From positions 682,001-746,000 of the forward strand of contig CP145422.1 of the NCBI GenBank assembly GCA_036867785.1: DNA of 64,000 nt, written 5' to 3'. The notes beneath the pieces were generated by a model. The model had not been told where the DNA came from. It searched no databases and saw only the letters and a program-made list of their open reading frames with translations. The first letter of the stretch is position 1. Each line of letters begins with the position of its first letter. The DNA is from Plasmodiophora brassicae (Eukaryota). Made by a program: the position numbers and the translations under genes. Of the stretch, positions 21,069-31,328 are shown in pieces.

Positions 21069-23111
21069 ATGGGCTTCATGCCAGCCTTGCCAACACGATC
21101 GCCCGTTGTTAACTTCGATGACAATGCTGCTGGATTGCCTGCACAAACTTGTCAACCATCGAGGGACGACCTGCAGCGGCAACGACAATCCCTTCCCATC
21201 TTCAAACACCGGAAGCGGTTAATTGACGCGGTTCGTGCCAACGCGAATCTTGTCGTGGTCGGTGAGACAGGATCAGGAAAGACCACACAGTTGCCGCAGT
21301 ACTTACTCGAGACGACGGGGCTGGTGCCGAACGGCCAGAAGGTTGTCGTAACACAACCGCGTCGTGTCGCTGCCGTTACCGTTGCTCAGCGTGTCGCTAT
21401 GGAGATGGGGACCGCTGTTGGACAGACCGTCGGATATCACATTCGGTTCGAAGATCGCACATCCGCTTCCACGCGTCTGAAATTCGCCACCGACGGTATG
21501 CTTCTTCGCGAGTGTATCACCGACCCGGATCTGTCTCGGTACGCCGTCGTTATCCTGGACGAAGCGCACGAACGTACCGTCCACACCGACGCCCTTCTCG
21601 CTCTCGTCAGGCGTGCCCAGCGTAATCGTCGACAGAAGGGTCGCCGCGACCTGAAGGTCATCTGCATGTCAGCGACGATCCAGTCGGAACGATTCGCAGA
21701 GTATCTCGACCAGTGCCCGATCGAGATCATCAAGGGGCGAACATTCCCCGTTGATATCTTCTACCTTCGGCAACCCGAACGCGACTACGTCGACGCCGCC
21801 CTGATCGCCATTCTCCAGATCCACTTGGACCGGCCGCTCGACGGCGACATTCTCTGCTTCCTGACCGGGCAGGAAGAGATCGAATCCGTGCAAGGCCAGC
21901 TGGAAGACCGCGTTCGCCTATTATCCAGCGAGCACGCCCCGTTGCTGATCCGACCGATTTACGCCGCGTTACCTCAGGCCGCCCAGATGCGCGTCTTTGA
22001 GCGAACGCCCGATGGCGCGCGTAAGGTTGTCCTGGCCACGAACATCGCCGAGACGTCGATCACGATCGACGGGATTCGGTACGTGGTCGACTGTGGCCTC
22101 GCCAAGAAGCGCACGTTCCAGTCGGTGACCGGTGTGGACTCGCTGGTTCCGTCGGCGATCGCGCGCAGTGAGGCCTGGCAACGATCCGGTCGTGCCGGGC
22201 GGCAGATGCCCGGCCAATGCTACCGGTTGTACACAGAGGAGACATTCGACACCCTGGACGAGGTCGCCGTCCCCGAGATCCAACGGTGCAACCTCGCCAG
22301 CGTCGTCCTGCAGCTGAAGTCGCTCGGGATTGACGACATTCTCGGGTTCGAGTTCATGGACCCGCCCAAGAAACAGTCGCTAATCCAGGCGCTGATGCAT
22401 CTGTACGAGCTCGAGGCGCTGGACGCTCAGGGACGGATAACGGCGTTGGGGCGGCGCATGTCCCATCTGGCGCTGGAGCCCGTGTTCGCCCGGGTGCTGT
22501 TGGCCTCTGTCGACATGGGATGCTTCGATCCCATCGTCACCATCATTGCGATGCTGTCCACCGATCCCGTCTTCCACTACAGCAACAGCGCGAGGGAGGA
22601 AGCTGACGCCGCCCGGCGACGATTCGCTGGCGGCGGTGGCGATCACGTCATGCTCCTGAACGTGTACGATGCGTGCCGGCAGGTGAACTTCGATGAGCGA
22701 TGGTGCACACAGAACTTCGTCAGCGCAAGAGCGCTGCGGAAGGCAAGGTCGATCAGAGCACAGCTTCAGCAGGCGTTTGCGAAGGTGCCGACGGAGACGA
22801 GCTTGCCCGGTGAGAACCCCGAGGCGCTCGGCGAGCGGATCCGCCGATGTCTCATCACCGGAATGTTCCTCAACGTCGCCATCCTGCAACCGGATGGGTC
22901 GTACCGGACGCATACGAAGCAGGTCGTCAGTTTGCACCCTACATCGTCATTGTTCCCCAAGCGCCCGAAGCCGACGTGCGTCCTGTTCACCGAGCTCATC
23001 CGCACCACGAAGGTCTACATGCGAACCGTCAGCGAGATCGATCACGCGTGGGTGCACGAATGCACCCCTAGGGTGCGGCTTGTGAATCCGCACGATGGTG
23101 CCCGACAATAA
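21069..23111 (+). CDS. DHX33: DEAH-box RNA helicase, DHX33-like
   Basis: Intronless. GETGSGKTTQ, TQPRRVAA, DEAH, SAT and AWQRSGRAGR motifs, then HA2 and OB-fold regions. Confidence 0.85.
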   Translation: MGFMPALPTRSPVVNFDDNAAGLPAQTCQPSRDDLQRQRQSLPIFKHRKRLIDAVRANANLVVVGETGSGKTTQLPQYLLETTGLVPNGQKVVVTQPRRVAAVTVAQRVAMEMGTAVGQTVGYHIRFEDRTSASTRLKFATDGMLLRECITDPDLSRYAVVILDEAHERTVHTDALLALVRRAQRNRRQKGRRDLKVICMSATIQSERFAEYLDQCPIEIIKGRTFPVDIFYLRQPERDYVDAALIAILQIHLDRPLDGDILCFLTGQEEIESVQGQLEDRVRLLSSEHAPLLIRPIYAALPQAAQMRVFERTPDGARKVVLATNIAETSITIDGIRYVVDCGLAKKRTFQSVTGVDSLVPSAIARSEAWQRSGRAGRQMPGQCYRLYTEETFDTLDEVAVPEIQRCNLASVVLQLKSLGIDDILGFEFMDPPKKQSLIQALMHLYELEALDAQGRITALGRRMSHLALEPVFARVLLASVDMGCFDPIVTIIAMLSTDPVFHYSNSAREEADAARRRFAGGGGDHVMLLNVYDACRQVNFDERWCTQNFVSARALRKARSIRAQLQQAFAKVPTETSLPGENPEALGERIRRCLITGMFLNVAILQPDGSYRTHTKQVVSLHPTSSLFPKRPKPTCVLFTELIRTTKVYMRTVSEIDHAWVHECTPRVRLVNPHDGARQ

Positions 23112-23153
23112 ACGGCTTGTATTTACGTCGTAACGTGTCCCGTGTCGCGCCGC

Positions 23154-23745
23154 TCAGACGCCGCAGCGGCACGGGCGGGTCCGTTTCTCGTCCGCCGATG
23201 GCTTGCTGAATATGAAATGGCCGACCGCGCCACCAACCGCAATAGCGACAAACAGGCCGACATCATCTGTTGTGGAACGACGCTATCGAATTAGATGCCA
23301 GGTGATTTGAGCGGGTTAGCGCTTGCGACGCACATGTCATCGCGACAAGCATGACCCAGAGGCTGAGAACGATGCGGATCAGCTCCAGAAACGAACGCCC
23401 GAATCGATATGGCAGCGACAACGCAACGATGCCAGGTGGACTCAGTAATGGCAACCTAACCGGTGCAGTCAGCACGTGAACGTGGTGGGCAAGAAAATGC
23501 CCCTACTCGCTGCCCGACACGGCGCCTGCTCCGATCGGGCGTGCCAGCCCCCTATCCAACCCAGCCTGAATCGAATCCAGTCCGTACAGGAACGCGGCGA
23601 CGACGGCGACGGCAACGAGCGACGCGCAATACCCCGGGACGGTCTTGATCTCCCAGAACGAGAACAGGACGTGCTGGTGCTGCCAGTGCGTCGTGAAGTA
23701 CATCGGCATCATCATCGGCGGCATCGACATGCTCAACGACGACAT
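23154..23745 (-). CDS. Ctr/SLC31 copper transporter (3 exons)
   Basis: Met-rich N-terminus MSMPPMMMPMYF, MLVAM (MxxxM) spliced to YDVGLF, GxxxG in TM3, Cys-containing tail. Confidence 0.9.
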
Positions 23746-24308
23746 CCCGTCCCAATCGGCACCCGGCCACTTGCGAACTGTGCCACACAACTGCCTGGGA
23801 CGCAAAAATAGTCGCCCCCCCCCACACCCCCCACGACTGTCACAGGACCGTGCGTGCTCTCGTCGCCTGCGACCACCGTCCCCGAGGACATGGGCCCTTT
23901 TGCAACAAAACAGCCGACGTGACGACCGCTCCGTTGTCGAAACGTGTTCGTACAGCCAGTCGGCTGTGGTGTGCAGTGGAGCTACCTGCTACTACTGTAC
24001 CTGGACACATAGGTCGGGTCGGTGGGGGGCCGCCTGCGGCGACCTATTTCCGGAACGGGCTGGCCGTCCCGGTCCGGGGGGCCCGGTGGGCCGCGCCGCC
24101 ACAGTGGGGCGGCGATTGGCGAAAAGCGGAAAAACCGATGCCCCCAGTGGGCGTTGCGCACGCTAGAAGCGCAACTGCGCGCTCGGTTTGGTGCAGCCAC
24201 CACAGTGGACGCGATCCGGTTACCATTGGCGCACGCCCCAACGCCGAAAACATCATTGGCAACGCGGCGGCGCGGGCCTCGTATCTTCGCAGCAGCAGCG
24301 GGTCCGGG

Positions 24309-25307
24309 ATGCAGCTGGTGGGCGACAACGCGATGAAGACGTCGGTCGGGTTCAACATCCGTACGCCGACGTTGCAGCCGGTGCCGGCCGCGTCGACCGG
24401 TGGCCGGCCGGCGTCTGCGTGTTTCAGCCCGAGCATATTCCTCGATGGCCCCAACGGTGACCCCATCGCCGACATCTGCCTGCCCAAGGTCCCCGATGAT
24501 GTGCCCGAACGGTCATTGCTGTCCCGGTATCGGAGGTCGACCACGGACGATGTCCTCCTGTCTCTGCTTGAAAGGCAAGATGACGTTGCCGCGCCCAGCG
24601 ATGCCTCGATGGCGTCGGCTGGTCCGCCTGGCCTACAAGAGGCGTCGCTCGACGACATGTTCCGCGATATGTCCCCGTCGCCAATGTCTCGCCTGCGTCC
24701 CGATTCCATGTTCGATTCGGAGGCATCGCTCCCCGGGTCCAGTTGCCATCAGTGCAAGAACAGGCGCATGCCCAACGAGCTGTCGTTCTGCTGCGCCGAC
24801 GCTACCGACGAGGCATCGGGATCGTGCCGGAAGAAGTACTGTGACATCTGCCTGCAGAAGTTCTACGGCGAACCTCGAGACGACCAAGAGCGTGATGTGG
24901 AGCGACTCCCCTGGCCATGCCCATCGTGTCGCTCGATCTGCACCTGTGCCGCCTGTCGTCGCAACAAGGTGAAGCGGCCCGTCCCAGAGCACCTCTTGCA
25001 ATCGACGTCACCGGCGACGCTGTATGCCGTCAGCCTCGTCTACTTCGGCCAGGACATCACAGCACCCGTGGCGTCCGAGCTGATGAACCTGGCCACGCCG
25101 GAACCAATAACCGGGAGGAAACGACCACTGCAGCAACTGGATAAGCAGAAGAAGTCGGCGCCACGCTCCAAGAAACACTGCCCGTTCGACAAATCGCCAC
25201 CACCCACTGATCTGTCTCGTTTGGGCCCTGAGGAAGCCGACGAGGTCGTCGTGTTGCAGGGGTTAAGGGCAGCGGCCGAATCTGCATCTGCAATCCACGC
25301 CCTGTAG
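24309..25307 (+). CDS. zf-4CXXC_R1 (CDCA7-type) zinc-finger protein
   Basis: SCHQCK...C...C.KKYCDICLQKFYGE...WPCPSCRSICTCAACRR. The ORF is open from 23850. Confidence 0.8.
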   Translation: MQLVGDNAMKTSVGFNIRTPTLQPVPAASTGGRPASACFSPSIFLDGPNGDPIADICLPKVPDDVPERSLLSRYRRSTTDDVLLSLLERQDDVAAPSDASMASAGPPGLQEASLDDMFRDMSPSPMSRLRPDSMFDSEASLPGSSCHQCKNRRMPNELSFCCADATDEASGSCRKKYCDICLQKFYGEPRDDQERDVERLPWPCPSCRSICTCAACRRNKVKRPVPEHLLQSTSPATLYAVSLVYFGQDITAPVASELMNLATPEPITGRKRPLQQLDKQKKSAPRSKKHCPFDKSPPPTDLSRLGPEEADEVVVLQGLRAAAESASAIHAL

Positions 25308-25423
25308 GCGGCTGCGTCACCGTAACGTCATCGTGTATGTTGTATCATCCCAATAGCATACTCTTGAGGATCGTCCCCGTTCATAAACCGTCAAGTTTCC
25401 AGCCACGCTATCGGTTTCGTACA

Positions 25424-28046
25424 TCAGGGCGGCTCGGCGAGCCATGCGTGCACCTTGTCCCACATGGCCTGCTTGAACCGGTCGGTCTCGGCGCGCGTCG
25501 CCGCTGCGCGCCATCGCATCCAGAGGCGGCGTAATCGTACACGTTGACCCCGCTTGCTGGTTACGCGTAACCGGCGCTGGACACGCTTATGCCAGAAACG
25601 CACCGCCACCCGCATCCGCATCAGGTGACGCGACGAACGGCCTGACGATACGATCCTGGTTAGCGTTCAGTGTGAGTCGCGCGCCACGGTTTCTGACCTT
25701 GCTGAAGCGCGGATCGCCATTGCCCCCATGCTGTCCGGATTCTGGCGTGGTCAGCGACCTCCTCTGCACGAACCAGCACTGTGGCCCGAACCGATCGAGC
25801 GTGATGCCACGACCTCCACGTCCTGGATATAAGCTTTGCGTTATAGAACGTGACAGAGCTGCGCTGCTGTTGCCTGCAGAACTCGACCAGGCGCCGCCAA
25901 GGGCCCCAGCCGCGGTACACAATGGACGAACGATCCCTGTGCATCAAGGCCAGCGCGGTCATCTGTGACGCGATCTGTCTGCGACGTTGCCGCTCCTGTT
26001 CGGCAGCTAGGTCGGCAATGGCCTTCAGTTCCTCTTCGCGTTGCCGTTGCTGGGCAGCGGCAGCAATTCGTGCCTGTTCTTCAACCATAGCCTTCTGCCG
26101 CTGTTGCTCGACGCGTTCTTCAGCGTGACGTCGCCGCTGCTCGGCGACAACGTCAGGAGCCGGGGTAGATGGCCTCCTGACGACGTACATATCAGTTCTC
26201 GTGTCATGGCCCACCCTTTGCAGATCGAACTTCTTTGGAACTCGTTTGGCTTTGACCGCCGTCGTGGAGCGACTTTGACGAAGACCGGGCGAAGGTCGCG
26301 TTGTGTTGCCGTTCTCGGTTGTGGGCATAGCAGCTAAGGCGCCGATTAGCGACCCGGCCATTCGGCGCCGCTCCTCGCTCTCCTGCAGGACGCTTCGGGC
26401 AACCTTCTCCGATCGAACGAATGCCCGCCATTGATGAAATGTCTGTCGGAAATAGTCAGCCTTGCTGGATCACGCGACACCGACTACACCCAATGCGCTT
26501 ACGTCTATTAACCTGCGATGCTGGGCCCTCTCGAACGCAGTGATGGATGCGGTGAACCGACGGCGAAGGACGGCATTGGCCCATTGAGACCACGCTCGAA
26601 ACGCGCGCCGCTGTTTACGCACAGCGAGTTGCCGTTCATAGAATGCAACATCCATCTCAGCTGGTTCGTCTTGTGCCTGGCACGGATCCCGATCGAAGGT
26701 TTCGATTGTCGTTTCAATGGCAACGCCATCGTGGCCGACTGCTCCTGGGATGCATGGTGATGGAGACTCGATTCCAGGGTTAGCAGCATCGGCGTTGTCA
26801 GAGTCGCCCCTTCCGCCTGCTTGACCAAACTTCCCGCTGTCGTTGTCGTAGACAGTTCCAGGGTCGGGGACGATTTCAGCAGTTTCATCTTTAGTGGCGA
26901 CGTCGGCACCGGGTGACGATTCAGGAAGGGCTCGCGGATCACCAGCATCCACACTCGGCAGTGTCGAGTCAACGCGTTCCAGGCAACCGTGCAGAGGTGA
27001 GATTGTCGCTGAACCCCCATTGTCAGGGCGCCTGACGTTGATCTGGTTCGTGGTATCTGAACCTTCAGCAGACGAGTGAACTACCAGAGCAGGTTGCGTT
27101 GCGGTCCATGTCTGGTCGGTGTTTTCAACGGTTTCCTGAGGTTCACACTTGATTCTCCTCTGGCAAGGAGTTATACTGTCGTCGACAGCGGCGTCTACGT
27201 CTTTTTCATCGCCGTCGACGCCGTTGCCCGTGTCACTTTCATCACTGATGGTTCCGGATGTGTAACGGTGAACAGATGCCTTCGGTCTGGATCGCCTTCG
27301 ACAGTCGTATACCCTGTTCCCATACCGTTCCGACGCATTAGCAGTGAAGATCGCGGGTTACCGGAGACATTCTCACCCATCGTGTCGCAGCAATTCGTTG
27401 TACTTGGAGTCCCGTTTAATTCCCGACGATTGCTCGTCGATAGCAAAGCATCGACGCAGTAACGCGCGCGCGTCTCCGTTATATGGAGAATTCTCTGTGT
27501 CGAACTGGTCGCGTCGGGACACCACGCCTCTCACCGCGCTCTCCGCGTCGCTTTCTATCGCCTATGAGCGCGTAATCAGCGCCAGAGAGTTGTGCTAACG
27601 ATTACGTACCTTGACCCATTCCTGCACGGATTGCGACGTACTGTACGACTTGCGTTCTCGAGCTTCTTGGAGTAGATTCCAGACGCGTGCATTGGCCTCG
27701 ATCGTTTCAACCTGTTGAACCTCCCATGGCCGCAGCTCGTCGTCGTCCAGTCCCCTCAGCCGATCCTGAGCAAGCGTCGATAACGAAAGCCCACACTGCG
27801 CAATCGTTTCGTTCTCACCCATGCAGTAAGCTCGCCCTCTTCGACGAGTAAACTCGAGCGCGGAAGCGATGTCCGGGCACGATTTCTAGACGGTACGCGA
27901 CGTTTAGGTGTAGAACGTTTTACGACAGGCGACGGTGCGGGTCGTGCAGGCATGACCAGTTGCGGCCCGCCAATAGGTCTAGACTGTGGCCGCCCTGGAC
28001 CAAGCATCGAACGGCCTGAAATGCCAAGCATGCCATCCATCACCAT
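25424..28046 (-). CDS. Coiled-coil protein with Trp-periodic repeats, CCDC191/Sfi1-like (multi-exon)
   Basis: Chain of ORFs with FRAWSQW, GWGPWRR, TWRSW, AWGQW and LWMRW motifs plus a coiled coil. Confidence 0.5.
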
Positions 28047-28240
28047 GACAGCGGCGCTTGCTGATAGAATCCGAGAATGACCCGAGGGTCTGTGACAAGG
28101 TGCGCTCAGTGAAGACCTTGACGAAGCGGGAGGACAACTTGACAATGAGACTACACACATGTCGTTGTTTATTTACGAACCGTCATCACTGTCGGATGGG
28201 TCGACGGTAGGCCCAGGAACGTTCGCGTTTACCGCCCACA

Positions 28241-28828
28241 TTAGTGCAGGGACAAGAACGCGGTTCGAATGATATATTCCTATCAGCTCAGGGAATCAGG
28301 ACAGACGAGAATCACCATGTCAACGTGACGATTACCGTGAAGGTTACGAAATCGTATGAGCTCTTTGTGTGAAATTACCGGTACCTTGACGTATCGGGCT
28401 GTTGTGGTGGAAATCCATTGCTGATTGTCGAACTGGGAGTTGACATGCATGGCCCATCTTTGCCATAAAGATTCATCGCTGAGAAACCGGTGCAATACGT
28501 ACGCCGCGCAGAGCGACAGCGACCACCCCGGCAGCGCGTCAACGTAGGCACGAAACTCATCATACACGCTCCCGATAACCTTGAAGTTGACCTTCTTGCA
28601 TGCCTTGCTCGCCCATTTCGCCTTCAGCGACCTCACACTGTCCGTCCCCGGCGCTCGCCGCTGCAGCGTCGACGACGACGCCGCGGCGACAGGTGCCGGC
28701 GTGGATCGCGGACGCCCTAACGGGAACAAATCCAACGGCGTCAGCTCGCCCGTCGGCCACCCATCATATGCCGGGTACAATGTTGCCTCCGAATCATTGA
28801 CTGTTTGATGAGGCCATTCTACCGCCAT
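28241..28828 (-). CDS. Hypothetical protein with two ribbon-helix-helix-like segments
   Basis: ORF 28283-28828 plus a putative 36-nt intron (28280-28315) and last exon EYIIRTAFLSLH*. Confidence 0.5.
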
Positions 28829-29077
28829 CCGTCGGCAACAACTTGCCAATGATCAGCACGCCTTTTTTGTCGCCAATCGATCGGCATCTGGTCGAACGCG
28901 CTCCCTTTCGTCTCACATATTACTTGTACGGAATACGCCGGGGCAGAACCTGCAACTAGTATTCGGTAATGGCGGTGTACGGTCATGAATGTCGCGTTGC
29001 AAACGTAGAGCAGTTGCTGGGTTGTATGAGGTTTGGGGTTGGGTCAGTGACGCAGGGCAGACTTGCGATTATAGGGC

Positions 29078-29446
29078 TCAGAGGTTCTGCTGCGTGAGCA
29101 TTTCGGCGACCTTTCCGAGGCCGACCGACAGCACTTCGGCGGTAGCGCCGTCTTTGCCAACGGCGACAAGCAGCAGCGTCTTGGTCTTGAACACGCAGGC
29201 GGGCGCCGGGCCAGCTCGCGCCTGAAGCGAATCGCCGTCGGTACGCAGGAGCATGAACTTCTTACCGCCGATCGTCAGCGAGGACATGCCCGCGCCCGAC
29301 AGGCCCGACACAATCGCCTTGATCTCGGGCGCCGTCACGGTCAGGCCCGACTGGGCGCAGGTAGCCCCCTCGAGCGTGAAGATGCCCCCGCCCTGGATGT
29401 CCTTGATGGCCAAAACGTGCGCGTTCCATGCATCCCAGCCCGACAT
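29078..29446 (-). CDS. Profilin
   Basis: 122 aa; MSGWDAW, GLTVTAPEIKAI, LTIGGKKFMLLR, KTKTLLLVAV and KVAEMLTQQNL. Confidence 0.9.
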   Translation of the reverse strand: MSGWDAWNAHVLAIKDIQGGGIFTLEGATCAQSGLTVTAPEIKAIVSGLSGAGMSSLTIGGKKFMLLRTDGDSLQARAGPAPACVFKTKTLLLVAVGKDGATAEVLSVGLGKVAEMLTQQNL

Positions 29447-30215
29447 GATTGATCAGTGGTTGACCGCTGCGACGACCTTGAGCAAGCAGACGATGACGAC
29501 GACGACGAGCAGGCGACTTGAGTTGTGGTTGGCGGCGGCCGCGGACTCACCCAGTCAGAGGCGTAGGCCTCCCTCAAAATAGCGTGACTCGTATGCCCTG
29601 GGCACGCGTCCCCTCCCCGATTTATCATCGACCCTCGAATCGCCATTCTATTTACGTCGTATTGTCAGGCGGCGCCCACCCCCGCTGGCGCTGGTCTGAC
29701 GTCCCGCGGCTTCTGCCACGAAGTCGAGACCGACGGATCCATTTAGGTATCCGCGAGGCTGCTTCTGATGCTGGCAGCCCTACCCGGCCGTTCCACAGGC
29801 CCAGAAGAATGCCTTGCGTCAGAGCTTTAGGAGGGAAAGAGGTACGGGGAGCCCCTTGTCAAGGCGCAGTAGGATACAACAGGCTGCCGTCTACGTTACT
29901 GGTGAGATCTCGACGCCCCTACCGTAGACTCTACGTTACAAGAGCCCCGACAGGCGACAACGATTGTTCGGCCAGCTCTACCGTTCTCCTGCGCTACTAG
30001 CCCAAGATGGTGAGCATGTCGACGCGGACTGAACGTTCGTTTTCAGGAAGGAGGTAATCGAGGCAAACCGTTTATCAATCATCATCGGATCACTTGCCCA
30101 TCGGTCCAACATATTAATTTTGGAGAACAGCCATGATCCGGCGTTCTTGCTAAATTGCTCCTTGCTGTAGTAAATAGACCAAGTGCCCTGTAACTTATCT
30201 CGGAGGGGAAAAAAG

Positions 30216-30287
30216 AGCCGCAAGCGGGACTCGAACCCGCAACTTCTGGTTCCGAAGACCAGCACGCTGCCATTGCGTCATTGCAGC
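30216..30287 (-). tRNA. tRNA-Arg (anticodon UCG), copy 1
   Basis: Cloverleaf: GCTGCAA/TTGCGGC acceptor, CTGGT-CTTCGGA-ACCAG anticodon arm, GGTTCGAGTCC T arm. A T6 Pol III terminator follows. Confidence 0.95.
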
Positions 30288-30544
30288 AGACCAGACGTAA
30301 GTGGCCGTGTCGAGTACTGGTAGTCGCTCCCGAAATTTTCCTGTGTGTGAACCGTACAGTAGCACCGACGAAACGATATCTTCATCACGAATTGGACGAT
30401 CAGCGGCGGGGCATGGGGAAGCACCAGGTGACAGGTGACTCCTAATGACAGGTTTCCGGTTGGCGGGCTACCAGTGAGGAAACGTAAAAGGAACATATCA
30501 CATATGGCATCCCCTTTAGCCAGCGCAAGGGCCAAGAAAAAATG

Positions 30545-30616
30545 AGCCGCAAGCGGGACTCGAACCCGCAACTTCTGGTTCCGAAGACCAGCACGCTGCC
30601 ATTGCGTCATTGCAGC
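30545..30616 (-). tRNA. tRNA-Arg (anticodon UCG), copy 2
   Basis: Identical 72-nt sequence to copy 1, with its own T6 terminator. Confidence 0.95.
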
Positions 30617-30916
30617 GAAGCACAGTACGGAGTTCGTGGCAAGCGCCCAACCGGCAACCATCGCACTCACCGCGTTGCAGCAATCGATGGTTGTGATCCA
30701 GGCGGCTTTACCTTGAGTTTTCATCCGACGGGCGACGTCGCCACGTGCGGTGCGGGGGCGCACTTGCGCAGAAGGTTAGTGGTTACCTAGAACTGGGTAC
30801 GGTATGACGCAGGTGCAAACACAGCGAGAATTCACAACTGCTCTTCATGCGTCCAGCGTTCGTTCGAAGTAGCAGGAATCGAGCAATTCATAGAGCATCA
30901 CGGACTCGCGACGACA

Positions 30917-31240
30917 ATGGCGGACGCGATGTGCCTCATACGGTCATACCTGACATCGTCATGTCTTTGGGAGGATCGCGATCCTACAGCCGCTTCCGCG
31001 AATGTCGTCGTCCTGGAGAAAGACGACGACCCTGTTGACCTCACCATCCACATCAGGAGCAAGGCACGTTACAATAAAGTCGGTATGCCTGTAATGTACG
31101 TTCCCAGCGCTAGTAACCAGTCTGAGCTTGGCCGGGCGTACGCTTTGAGCACAAGAGCAACCGGTATGAGACCGGTCAACTTGCACCATGGAATGCCTCA
31201 AGTTATAAAATACGCCAACCTGGTACCCAAACCAAGATAG
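30917..31240 (+). CDS. Short ORF, possibly 5' exon(s) of the TTLL gene
   Basis: ATG in good context, preceded by a CGGACTCG element; no family recognised. Confidence 0.3.
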   Translation: MADAMCLIRSYLTSSCLWEDRDPTAASANVVVLEKDDDPVDLTIHIRSKARYNKVGMPVMYVPSASNQSELGRAYALSTRATGMRPVNLHHGMPQVIKYANLVPKPR

Positions 31241-31328
31241 GGGTCGTGATTGCGTCGTGGGTACCGGTTCCCGATCCCGACTAACTGTAGTCCAAGAGTC
31301 CGACTCGCCGCATTATCTTCGTTAGACA

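Noticed and set aside
23811-23836. C-rich tract upstream of the copper transporter as a G-quadruplex
   Set aside because: Only two G-runs on the minus strand; weak support.
30278-30763. 161-aa ORF spanning the tRNA genes
   Set aside because: Overlaps a clear tRNA and has no protein features.
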